This document shows positions 51,611-61,015 of a DNA stretch of 64,000 nt, piece after piece. This stretch comes from Bacteroidales bacterium (lineage in GTDB: Bacteria > Bacteroidota > Bacteroidia > Bacteroidales > JBBRXJ01), in the NCBI GenBank assembly GCA_038248505.1, contig JBBRXJ010000003.1, forward strand, positions 5,331-69,330. Reading direction: 5' to 3'. Made by a program: the position numbers and the translations under genes. The notes under the pieces are model-generated. The model was not told where the DNA came from. It worked only from the letters and a program-made list of their open reading frames with translations, and made no database searches. Positions within the stretch are counted from its first letter, which is position 1. Each line of letters begins with the position of its first letter.

Positions 51611-52219
51611 TTAGGCCTTGTTTCTTATTATATTTTCGTCTTTTTGAGTCAAAAGGGAATTTAATAAATCTATTGAGTAGTATCTATGATTCTCTAGAAA
51701 CATTTCAAACAAAGGTTTTAAGTCTTTTATGAAACCCTTGTCTTTAGATATTGCAAGCAATTCTAATTTGCCGATACAATTAATACCAAAAATCTCAGCA
51801 ATAATCCTTGCTTTTTTCTCATCAATCAATAAAAAATCAGCATGCAACTCCTTATATAAAATTACAGAATCAGATTCTCCATAATCCATTATAAAAGCCA
51901 ACTCATTAAATCCTTTAATTGACATAACTTTGTTATTTAAATATGAACAAATCCTATTATGAAATGGTTTAGACTCATCTAAGGCAATAATACTGGTGTA
52001 ATCCAACATGTCGGCTAAACGCTTTCTACCGTCAGGGGCAAGAAATTTTAACTGGGCAGTAGCACTAACCACTTGTCTGTTTTCTTTTTTCAATTTGGCT
52101 TTAAGATATTTCCAATAGTTGCAGGTTTTGGTGTAGTTGTCTTGGTTGGTAAGCAAAGCTACAATATCCAACACACTAAACCACCACATGGCATTTTGTT
52201 CGTCCCAAACAGCGCGCAC
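51611..52219 (-). CDS. Chimeric ORF: Bro-N/DinD-like fragment fused to a DUF3368 (PIN-like) domain; possibly a pseudogene
   Basis: aa 1-80, AVWDEQNAMWWFSVLDIVALLT...YWKYLKAKLKKENRQVVSATAQLKFLAPDGRKRLADM, resembles Bro-N/antirepressor-type proteins but lacks their N-terminus. aa 120-190, FLLIDEKKARIIAEIFGINCIGKLELLAISKDKGFIKDLKPLFEML, resembles DUF3368 PIN-like proteins. Confidence 0.45.
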   Translation of the reverse strand: MRAVWDEQNAMWWFSVLDIVALLTNQDNYTKTCNYWKYLKAKLKKENRQVVSATAQLKFLAPDGRKRLADMLDYTSIIALDESKPFHNRICSYLNNKVMSIKGFNELAFIMDYGESDSVILYKELHADFLLIDEKKARIIAEIFGINCIGKLELLAISKDKGFIKDLKPLFEMFLENHRYYSIDLLNSLLTQKDENIIRNKA

Positions 52220-53218
52220 TTCGCGTTAGTAAAAAAAACGGATGGATATTTTGCACTACTCATTATTTTACTGTTATCTATTCTGGCACACTGTAATTAT
52301 ACATCCAAAGGTATGATAATTTTTATCTCGTAGTTGCAGTCTGCGGTCAACGTACAAATGTATCCACCATCTCGATTACAGCATGCAGAACTACAAGAAG
52401 CAGATTTTCTGCTTCTCGCCACACTAAGGTGTCTTGCGGAATTATGAAGCACTTTCCTATCAGTTTACATCTCTGTTCATTGGTATAATCTTTTCTTCTG
52501 TACCTATATTTTGCCCCACGGATATTTTTAAATTCAGAAAAAATATGGAAATCAACGCTATTAATCTCATTTGTTGTTAGTCTGAATTATGATTCAATAA
52601 TATAATGATTTTATTTGATTATCACATTTGCTGCTGCATGATTCTTCAAAAGCTGAGCGGCAAACGGTGTTATTTTATTCCTTGTCTTCATATTTTTCCG
52701 ATAGAATTAATTTCAGAGTAAATCATCCGTAGATATTGAATCAGATTTGATATCATCTATCCTATCTATTATTATCTTATTCATAATTTATTGTTGTTTA
52801 GCAAATTTATACTAAAATCAATTATAGTACTGCTAGTGAGATATTCCTAATTAGTCGAGATTTTGAACTTGCACCTAAACTTATGCAGTTATAATAAGAT
52901 GGCAATATCGAAGCAAAAAATTTTCTGCTACCACAAAACATAATACGTGCACAAAGCCTCATTTAACCACTGAATCGGCAATTACTTATAGGCGCTGTGG
53001 TGCATTTTGAATGGTAAATATATGAATTTATTTTACATATTAAAATGAATAGCAGTTCAGAGGGTGCAAGTTCCTTCATGTCTGAAGCATTAATAATTCG
53101 AAAAGCTTGTCCCGATTATTAAACAGGAGTGGTTTGCGATGAGCCAAGTACACTGAAGTAAGCGAGACAGTAAGACGTTGGCTATGGCAATGTTCTTGCG
53201 TTAAATGGCAAGTCATTA

Positions 53219-54817
53219 TTATTTGTACTTGCAACAAGCAGGTAAATTTGAGTATACCTCATTATCGGCATTAAATTTTTCAGTGTCGTGTCCAACATTG
53301 GCAATGGCTTTTTTAATAGTATCAAGGCTAGTATCCATGTTGTTGAATTCTACATGAATTTCTTTTGTTTTGGTGTTCCAAACGGCTAAATTAACACCAT
53401 GCACGGATTTTGCTGCTTTTTCAATACGGTCTTTGCATTGGTCGCAATTGCCTGAAACCATAAATATTTCGTGTTGTATCATTATTTTCATATCATGCCC
53501 TGAATGTTCTGCATTGTCATCCTGATTATCGTTTTTCTGCATTTCGCCCTTATTATGATCTGTTGAAATCGTACCACCATCCTTATTCATCATACTTGGT
53601 TTACCTTCAAGTTGGGCGGAAGCATCAACGCTAAATGTACCTTGTGTAACTATTTCTTCACCTTCGTTTAGGCCGTTTTCAACTACATAACTACTGCCCA
53701 GCATAGGGCCAAGTTCTATTTCACGTATTTTGAAAATGGGTTCGTCTGTGCCAGTTTGTTTTACATACACAATAGAACGTTTGCCTGTCCATAATACTGC
53801 TGAACGTGGAATGACCAATTTGTTACTGTATTCTGTAAGATTAGCTTTTACAATACCTTTGGCAAACATTTCGGGTTTTAATTTACCCGATTTATTATTA
53901 ATTTCTACCCTAACTTTTGAAACACGAGTAACAGGGTCAATAACAGGTTCGATAAAGATAATGTTAGCTGTAAAAGTTTTGCCGGGTATTGAATGCACTT
54001 CAAAGCTGAGTTTGTCGCCTTCGTTTAAAAAAGGCAGGTCGCCTTCGTAAGCATCGAACATAGCCCAAACGTTTGAAAGATCGGCAATATCGTATAAAAT
54101 GGTACCCTGCGATATATGGTCGCCATTGTTAATACGCCTTGCTATTACAATGCCCGTAGTGTTTGAAACGACTTCAAAATTATTTTGTACCGTGCCTGAA
54201 CTCTCAATATTTGCAATTTGCGATTCGGTGAGTTTCCATTGAAGCAATTTTTCTTTAGAAGCTTCGTAAATTTCGGGCTGTGTTTGCTTGGTTTTAACGG
54301 TTTCTAATAACTCTTGTTGTGCAGTAACTAGATCGGGCGAATAGATAAGTGCCAGTGTTTGACCCTTGCGAACGCGTTCGCCAGTAAAGCTTACAAGTAG
54401 TTTTTCTATTCGACCAGCTATGTGTGCAACCTGACTTTGCAACAAGCGTTCATCAGCCTGAATTTTACCGTACAGTCGTACTTCTTTGATTGGTTTCTGT
54501 TTTGTAACAACCGATGTAAGCACGTTGGCAAGCTCTGCGGCCTCTTTGGTTAAATGTATTGCGTCGGCATCAACAGATGCATCGTTTTGTGCAAGGGGTA
54601 TTAATTCCATTGCGCAAATTGGGCATTTGCCCTGTTTGTCCAAACGAATTTGCGGGTGCATGGCACATGTCCAGATAGTTGCTTTTCCCTTTTGAACTGT
54701 TGTATTTGTACTTATTACTGATTTATGCGATGAATGGAATAATAACCATCCTAGAAACAAGCCACCAAGGGTAAAAAGGCTGTATAACACATATTTGTTT
54801 AATAATATCTTTTTCAT
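53219..54817 (-). CDS. Heavy-metal efflux RND periplasmic adaptor (CusB/CzcB-like) with an N-terminal heavy-metal-binding domain and a C-terminal GNCxxC HMA-like domain
   Basis: 532 aa, with a TM/signal anchor. WTCAMHPQIRLDKQGKCPICAMELIP (HMBD-type Cys/His motif). HlyD-type barrel-sandwich/beta-barrel core. His/Asp/Met-rich linker (HNKGEM...HSGHDMKIMIQHE). C-terminal SGNCDQCKDRIEKAAK...VGHDTEKF...CCKY. Confidence 0.85.
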   Translation of the reverse strand: MKKILLNKYVLYSLFTLGGLFLGWLLFHSSHKSVISTNTTVQKGKATIWTCAMHPQIRLDKQGKCPICAMELIPLAQNDASVDADAIHLTKEAAELANVLTSVVTKQKPIKEVRLYGKIQADERLLQSQVAHIAGRIEKLLVSFTGERVRKGQTLALIYSPDLVTAQQELLETVKTKQTQPEIYEASKEKLLQWKLTESQIANIESSGTVQNNFEVVSNTTGIVIARRINNGDHISQGTILYDIADLSNVWAMFDAYEGDLPFLNEGDKLSFEVHSIPGKTFTANIIFIEPVIDPVTRVSKVRVEINNKSGKLKPEMFAKGIVKANLTEYSNKLVIPRSAVLWTGKRSIVYVKQTGTDEPIFKIREIELGPMLGSSYVVENGLNEGEEIVTQGTFSVDASAQLEGKPSMMNKDGGTISTDHNKGEMQKNDNQDDNAEHSGHDMKIMIQHEIFMVSGNCDQCKDRIEKAAKSVHGVNLAVWNTKTKEIHVEFNNMDTSLDTIKKAIANVGHDTEKFNADNEVYSNLPACCKYK

Positions 54818-54928
54818 GATAATATAGTTTAATATTTTTTTAAAGCTCGAATGGAACTTGCATGTGAATTTTCATTCTTGTTTGTGTTTAACGAACATGC
54901 TCGTTTCATATCGTAAATTTTATTTTGT

Positions 54929-56359
54929 TTATTGAATTTGAGTATTTGCCATTAATCGTTTTAACCATGCTATTGCTGTGTTGTAATCGGTAACTGCTTC
55001 GATTTGTTTGATTTCGTAATCTAATAGCTGCTGACGATTTCGTAATAAATCCGTTAATCCTACACTGGAAGCTGAATAGCTTTTTATCATAATATCAAGC
55101 GATTTATTAGCCAAAAGGCTTTGATTTTTATAGAGTTTAATTCTTCGCCCTGCATCCTGATATAATTGCAACGCTTCGTAATATTCGGTTTGTAATGAAT
55201 AGGTAAATGCTTTATAGCCTTGCTCGGTTGCCAATTTCAACATGTTTGCTTCGGTTTGCATAGCATTGTATTTCTTACGATAGATAGGAAGTGTAAGCGT
55301 AACCATTGGCATAATCATATCAGTGCCATTCATGCTCGATGTGGACATATCTCTATTGTTGATTACTGAATAATTAACACCTATACCCACCATTGGGTAA
55401 GCCATTCGTGTAAGCATTTGTTTTCGGGCTTCTAATGATTGTTGTTCGAATTGCAACATACCCAGCATGGGATTGTTGGCCAATATACTATCGGAAACAG
55501 ATAAAAGAGATACGTTGAGTGTATCAGATTTTAAAGTGTCGGCGATGGTAATAACCGATTTTACAGGACGATTTAAATAGCTGTTGAACCTTGCAATAAT
55601 CGTATTTTGTTGATTTTTGAGCAAAGCATTATTATTTTCGAGTTCGCCAATTTCAATTTGAATGAGGTATAAATCAGCTAATCCAGAACCTCCATACTGT
55701 GAGCCCATTGACGATTGAATATTTGACTGGTTATTGCTAGAATTTCCACCCATTGTATTCATGCCCAATGAACCGGAAGAATTATTTTGAGCGGTGTTAT
55801 TTGACATATTAGTGCCAGTTGTTATGGAATTGGTGTTTCCAGAAGTACCGGCCTTAAATTTAACCAATGTAAGTCTTTCGAGGGAGCGGAGTATTTCAAT
55901 ATTTTTTTCGGAAATACGAATATTTTGTTGCACCTTATACATTTCGAACCAAGTACGTTGCACATCATAATACACCTGCAATTTAGTATAACGGAACAAA
56001 TCGTATTTGGCTTTTGCCATTAAACCCATTTCGTCCTTTGCATTCTTTAATACTCCAAACCACGGAAACATTTGCATTAAACGAATATCGGCTACCTGAT
56101 TGCCACTTATTAACTCCATTGGTTGAATAAATATGCCTAAACTAATTTCGGGGTCGGGCAAACTGCCCACCTGTGGTACTTTCTGTAAAGCTGCCTGATA
56201 CTCAGCGTATTTTTGCAAAACAATTGGATTGTTTTTGGCTGCAATTTGAATATAGCTTGTTAAGGAATCAGTTTGAGAAAACAATACCATACTTTGAAAT
56301 AGATAGAAATATGATATAAGAATTAAGTATATTTTACAACTATTTATCGTTTTCATCAT
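54929..56359 (-). CDS. TolC-family outer membrane efflux protein (CusC/CzcC-like)
   Basis: 476 aa with a signal peptide. Two-repeat OEP architecture. An Asn/Ser/Gly/Met low-complexity insert lies between the repeats. Confidence 0.85.
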   Translation of the reverse strand: MMKTINSCKIYLILISYFYLFQSMVLFSQTDSLTSYIQIAAKNNPIVLQKYAEYQAALQKVPQVGSLPDPEISLGIFIQPMELISGNQVADIRLMQMFPWFGVLKNAKDEMGLMAKAKYDLFRYTKLQVYYDVQRTWFEMYKVQQNIRISEKNIEILRSLERLTLVKFKAGTSGNTNSITTGTNMSNNTAQNNSSGSLGMNTMGGNSSNNQSNIQSSMGSQYGGSGLADLYLIQIEIGELENNNALLKNQQNTIIARFNSYLNRPVKSVITIADTLKSDTLNVSLLSVSDSILANNPMLGMLQFEQQSLEARKQMLTRMAYPMVGIGVNYSVINNRDMSTSSMNGTDMIMPMVTLTLPIYRKKYNAMQTEANMLKLATEQGYKAFTYSLQTEYYEALQLYQDAGRRIKLYKNQSLLANKSLDIMIKSYSASSVGLTDLLRNRQQLLDYEIKQIEAVTDYNTAIAWLKRLMANTQIQ

Positions 56360-56648
56360 TTGTAGTTTTAATGAATCTATTTAATTTGTAGATCTTTTGA
56401 AATAGTTAAAAATTCATCAACCATATCTTTTGGAACAATTATTTTAACCAATGCTCGGTTGCTTCAGGTTGTTAAGCCCTTGCATTATAATAGAATTTTG
56501 CCTTATCTAAATAATGATACCTATTATATTGATCAGCAATATTAGCACTTACAGAATCTGTAGCTTTAATAAATAGGTATCCAATATTTTTCTTTTCCAT
56601 AGTAATATCTATTACCTTGTTCTCAATTATTTCCTATATTATTATTTC

Positions 56649-59600
56649 TTATTTCAATGTATTTCTTTTCTCTCCAATGGCATTTTCCCTCCACATAGAT
56701 TGAAACAAGGGTACAACAAATATTGTCATAACCTGAATAATCATACCGCCGAACATAGGAATAGCCATTGGAATCATAATATCTGAGCCTTTTCCGTTGG
56801 AAGAAAGTACGGGCAAGAGAGCAATTACAGCAACGGCGGTTGTCATCATAGCAGGACGAACACGTTTTTTTCCAGCCATAACAACGGCTTCACGCACGGC
56901 GTATACTGTTGATGGTTTGTTTTCTTCAAATACTTGATGAATGTATGTACCCATAATAAGACCATCGTTAGTGGCAATACCAAACAGGGCAATGAACCCG
57001 ACCCACACGGCCACACTCAGGTTTATGGGGTGCATTTGAAACATATCTCGTAAGTTTATTCCGGCTACGGCGAAATTCATAAACCAATCCTGACCGTAAA
57101 GCCATAACATAATGAAACCACCAGCAAAAGCAACGAATACGCCTGAAAAGTGTATGAGTGAGGCTGTTACCGTACGAAACTGGAAGAAAAGCAACAAGAA
57201 TATCATAATAAGACTGATGGGAATAACAATTGCCAGCCTTTTGGTTGCACGAATTTGCTGTTCGTAGTTACCGGCAAATTTGTAAGATACCCCGACCGGC
57301 AGAACTATTTCACCTGAGTCAATTTTTTTCTGAATAATTTTAGCTGTTTCTTCCACAACATCAACTTCGGCTTTGCCTTCTGTTTTATCGAAAATTACAT
57401 AACCAACAAGAAACGTATTTTCGCTACGAATCATTTGTGCACCTCGTGTGTAATCAATGTCGGCTATTTCGGCCAACGGAATTTGTACGCCATTCATGGC
57501 GGGGATAAGGATGCGCTTTAAATCTTCGGGATTGTCTCGAAGCTCCCTTGCATAGCGTACCCGCATTGGGAAACGTTCACGGCCTTCAACGGAATTGCTC
57601 AACACCATACCGCCAACGGCAACTTGTAATACTTCCTGAACATCGCTTACGCTCATTCCGTAGCGTGCCATTGCTTCACGGTTGAGCTTAATCTCAATGT
57701 AAGGTGCACTCACGGTACGGTCGTAAAATACGGCGGATGCTTTCACTAAAGGGACATCTTTAAGGGCTTTTTCAAATTGCATTCCAGCCTTTTCAATAGC
57801 ATCTAAATCGGGACCGTACACTTTTAAGCCCATTGGCGCACGCATACCAGTTGAAAGCATTACTAAGCGGGTTTCGATAGGTTGCAACATGGGTGCAGAG
57901 GTTAAGCCTGGAATATTGGTAACTTTTACAATTTCGTTCCAAATATCGAGGGGCTTTTTAATTTGTGGTCTCCACTGGCGGAAATATTCGCCTTTGGAAT
58001 CGGGAACAAGACTATCGGCATGAACAGCCCTAAACGTTTGTTTTTCGGGATTGTATGTAGTGCCTTTTTTGAATATATAATTACCGTCTTTGTCCACTTT
58101 AAATCGCATACGATGACCGTTTTCATCTAAAATATATTCTGACCGGTAATTAATCGTGTTTTCAAACATTTGCACAGGTGCAGGGTCAAGGGCTGAATTT
58201 ACACGCCCCCACTTGCCCACGGCAACCTCTACTTCAGGAATTGCAGAAAGTCGTTTGTCTAGTGTTTCAATATATTGAAGATTTTTTTCGATGCTTGAAT
58301 GAGGCATACTTGTAGGCATAAGCAAAAAAGAACCTTCGTTGAGTGATGGCATAAACTCTTTGCCTGTACCCGGAAAAGCTTTTACAGAGGCATGCCAAAC
58401 GTTTGATTGCCGGAAGGTGTTCCATCCTACTTTTTCAAAACCAGAGGCAGCAAAGCCAAATATCTTATCGAAGCCCTGCCAAACCAGTATTCCGAAAAAC
58501 AAAGTAAATGCAGGGAGTAAAAGAAATTTCCATTTATTGCGTAAACTCCAGCGAATTATGGGTTCGTAGAAATGTACCATTAACATTAAAACTGCAAGGA
58601 TAACAGCAATAATGCCTGTTACAAAAAGGAAGTTTACAAACGTGCTGTTGTGTGCCCCCAATGGCAACCATTCTATAGAAAGGTAATAAAGAGCCATCAA
58701 TACCGTAATGGCAATGTTGATATAGTTTGCAAACTCTTTGCGTTTTGTAGTCCAGCGGTAGTCAAGCAAATTGTTGATACCAACTCCTATTAAAGCCAAT
58801 GCTGGCCAACTATGCCAAATAATGATGAACAATAAACCAACTGCAATAAGAATTCCGTTACATACTTTACGGATTTTCTTTGTATCGAAACGAATATTAA
58901 AGAATATATGTACAAGTGTTGGTAATACTACAATACCTAAAATAAAGGCAGATAGTAAAGCAAAAGTTTTTGTATAAGCCAATGGGTGAAATAATTTGCC
59001 TTCAGCAGCCTCCAAGGCAAACACAGGCAAAAAACTGACAATGGTTGTGGCTATTGAAGTAACAACGGCAGCTCGAACCTCGGTAGTAGCAAGGTAAATT
59101 ACATTCATGAGTTTTTTGCCACGTATGCCTTGGTTTTCGGGCATTTCCAAATGTCGCAAGATATTTTCTAAGTCCACAATGCCAATATCCACCATTACAC
59201 CAATGGCAATAGCAATACCAGAAAGAGCTACAATATTTGCATCAACACCAAAGAAGTGCATTAATATGAAAGTCATTAACACTCCTATGGGTAATAATCC
59301 CGCAATAATAACCGAAGCCCTGAGATTAAGTACCAGTATAATAATTACAATAATACTAATAAGTATTTCGTGTGATAGTGCTGATTCAAGTGTGCCTATG
59401 GTTTCTTTAATCAAACCTGTCCTGTCGTAGAATGGAACAACAGTGACTTTTGACACAGAACCATCGGGCAAGGTTTTTTGCGGTAAGCCAGCTTCCAGTT
59501 CTTTTATTTTGTCTTTCACATTGCCAATAACCTCCATAGGGTTTGAGCCATATCGGGCAACTACCACACCTCCTACAGCTTCTGAACCTGCTTTGTCAAG

Positions 59601-60479
59601 CCCACCCCTGCGAGTAGCAGGGCCAAACGAAGTATGGGCAAGGTCCTTAATGCGTACGGGAACGTTGTTGCGTACTGCAACGACAGATTTTTCGAGGTCA
59701 TCGAGATTTTTGACATAGCCTAAGCCTCTGATAATGTATTCTACATTGTTGAGTTCAACGGTTTCAGCTCCAATATCGAGATTGCTTTTGCGAACAGCAT
59801 TCATTACGTCCATTACTGAAACAGAATACGCTTTGAGGGCTTCGGGGATAATATCAACTTGATATTCTTTAATAAAACCACCGACTGAAGCTACTTCTGA
59901 AACGCCCTCGGCAGTTGAAAGTCCGTATTTAACATAAAAATCCTGAAAGGTGCGTAATTCCTGTGGATTCCAACCGCCGTTTGGGTTGCCTGTTTTTGGG
60001 TCACGCCCTTCGAGGGTGTACCAGAATATTTGCCCCAAAGCTGTTGCATCAGGTCCTAACGTGGGCGTAACTCCGGCTGGCAATGTTCCTGTTGGTAGAG
60101 AATAAAGCTTTTCAAGTATTCGTGAACGGCTCCAATAAAATTCAATATTATCTTTGAAAATAATATAGATAAAAGACATGCCAAACATGGAAGTGCTACG
60201 CACTGTTTTAACGCCTGGAATGCCAAGTAAAGCTGTTGTTAAAGGGTAGGTTATTTGGTCTTGAATATCTTTAGGCGAACGCCCCATCCACTCGGTTGCC
60301 ACAATCTGTTGGTTATCGCCAATATCGGGTATAGCATCAACAGGTATGGGGTCACGGGGCAATACTCCGGTACTCCAATTAAACGGTGAATATATAATTC
60401 CAAAAACCACAAAGGATATGAGAAATATAAACGTAACCAATCGGTTTTCGAGAAAATATTTTACAAGTCGGTTAAACAT
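56649..60479 (-). CDS. CusA/CzcA-family heavy-metal efflux RND permease (HME-RND), enlarged form
   Basis: 1276 aa. Typical RND N- and C-terminal halves. The TM4 motif AIAIGVMVDIGIVDLEN resembles the CusA type more than the CzcA DFG...DGA...VEN type. An extra hydrophobic insert of about 100 aa follows TM6, and the second periplasmic loop is extended. Confidence 0.9.
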   Translation of the reverse strand: MFNRLVKYFLENRLVTFIFLISFVVFGIIYSPFNWSTGVLPRDPIPVDAIPDIGDNQQIVATEWMGRSPKDIQDQITYPLTTALLGIPGVKTVRSTSMFGMSFIYIIFKDNIEFYWSRSRILEKLYSLPTGTLPAGVTPTLGPDATALGQIFWYTLEGRDPKTGNPNGGWNPQELRTFQDFYVKYGLSTAEGVSEVASVGGFIKEYQVDIIPEALKAYSVSVMDVMNAVRKSNLDIGAETVELNNVEYIIRGLGYVKNLDDLEKSVVAVRNNVPVRIKDLAHTSFGPATRRGGLDKAGSEAVGGVVVARYGSNPMEVIGNVKDKIKELEAGLPQKTLPDGSVSKVTVVPFYDRTGLIKETIGTLESALSHEILISIIVIIILVLNLRASVIIAGLLPIGVLMTFILMHFFGVDANIVALSGIAIAIGVMVDIGIVDLENILRHLEMPENQGIRGKKLMNVIYLATTEVRAAVVTSIATTIVSFLPVFALEAAEGKLFHPLAYTKTFALLSAFILGIVVLPTLVHIFFNIRFDTKKIRKVCNGILIAVGLLFIIIWHSWPALALIGVGINNLLDYRWTTKRKEFANYINIAITVLMALYYLSIEWLPLGAHNSTFVNFLFVTGIIAVILAVLMLMVHFYEPIIRWSLRNKWKFLLLPAFTLFFGILVWQGFDKIFGFAASGFEKVGWNTFRQSNVWHASVKAFPGTGKEFMPSLNEGSFLLMPTSMPHSSIEKNLQYIETLDKRLSAIPEVEVAVGKWGRVNSALDPAPVQMFENTINYRSEYILDENGHRMRFKVDKDGNYIFKKGTTYNPEKQTFRAVHADSLVPDSKGEYFRQWRPQIKKPLDIWNEIVKVTNIPGLTSAPMLQPIETRLVMLSTGMRAPMGLKVYGPDLDAIEKAGMQFEKALKDVPLVKASAVFYDRTVSAPYIEIKLNREAMARYGMSVSDVQEVLQVAVGGMVLSNSVEGRERFPMRVRYARELRDNPEDLKRILIPAMNGVQIPLAEIADIDYTRGAQMIRSENTFLVGYVIFDKTEGKAEVDVVEETAKIIQKKIDSGEIVLPVGVSYKFAGNYEQQIRATKRLAIVIPISLIMIFLLLFFQFRTVTASLIHFSGVFVAFAGGFIMLWLYGQDWFMNFAVAGINLRDMFQMHPINLSVAVWVGFIALFGIATNDGLIMGTYIHQVFEENKPSTVYAVREAVVMAGKKRVRPAMMTTAVAVIALLPVLSSNGKGSDIMIPMAIPMFGGMIIQVMTIFVVPLFQSMWRENAIGEKRNTLK

Positions 60480-60556
60480 AATCTGTAAATATTTATCGAA
60501 AGAGTCAGTCGGGATAATTTAAATTCATACCACCTACTGACTCTTAGATTCACCTA

Positions 60557-60919
60557 TTATTTTTTTCTTTCATATTGACAGCAACCATGTAAAGCCATGT
60601 AAGCTTTATCATCGGCTTTAAACTTCTCGGTATCGTGTCCTACGATAGCAATCTTTTTTTGTACATCATCGCTATTTACTTTTGCAGGGTCGTACACTAA
60701 GCTTAACATTTTGTTGTCTATGTTCCAATCGGCTTTTGATACACCTTCTATTTTGGCAGCTTTTTCAATACGTGTTTTGCAAAGGCTACAATTGCCCCAA
60801 ACTTTTATTGTTTCAGTTTTAGTGGCAGCCATCTTAGACATATCATGCATTTGAGCATAAGAAGTTGCGCCCATAACCATAGTTAATACGGCAGCAATAA
60901 TGAATTTTATTGTTTTCAT
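60557..60919 (-). CDS. Periplasmic heavy-metal-associated-like protein (GNCxxC ... CCxY domain)
   Basis: 120 aa with a signal peptide. WGNCSLCKTRIEKAAK...VGHDTEKFKADDKAYMALHGCCQY is a clear paralogue of the adaptor C-terminal domain. Confidence 0.8.
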   Translation of the reverse strand: MKTIKFIIAAVLTMVMGATSYAQMHDMSKMAATKTETIKVWGNCSLCKTRIEKAAKIEGVSKADWNIDNKMLSLVYDPAKVNSDDVQKKIAIVGHDTEKFKADDKAYMALHGCCQYERKK

Positions 60920-61015
60920 TGTTGTATGAATTAAATACTATAAAAATTGGAATAGAAATATTATAGCACGTGAGTTGATACAACTCTCCTGCTATAAAGA
61001 GAAAGGTAAAATGAA

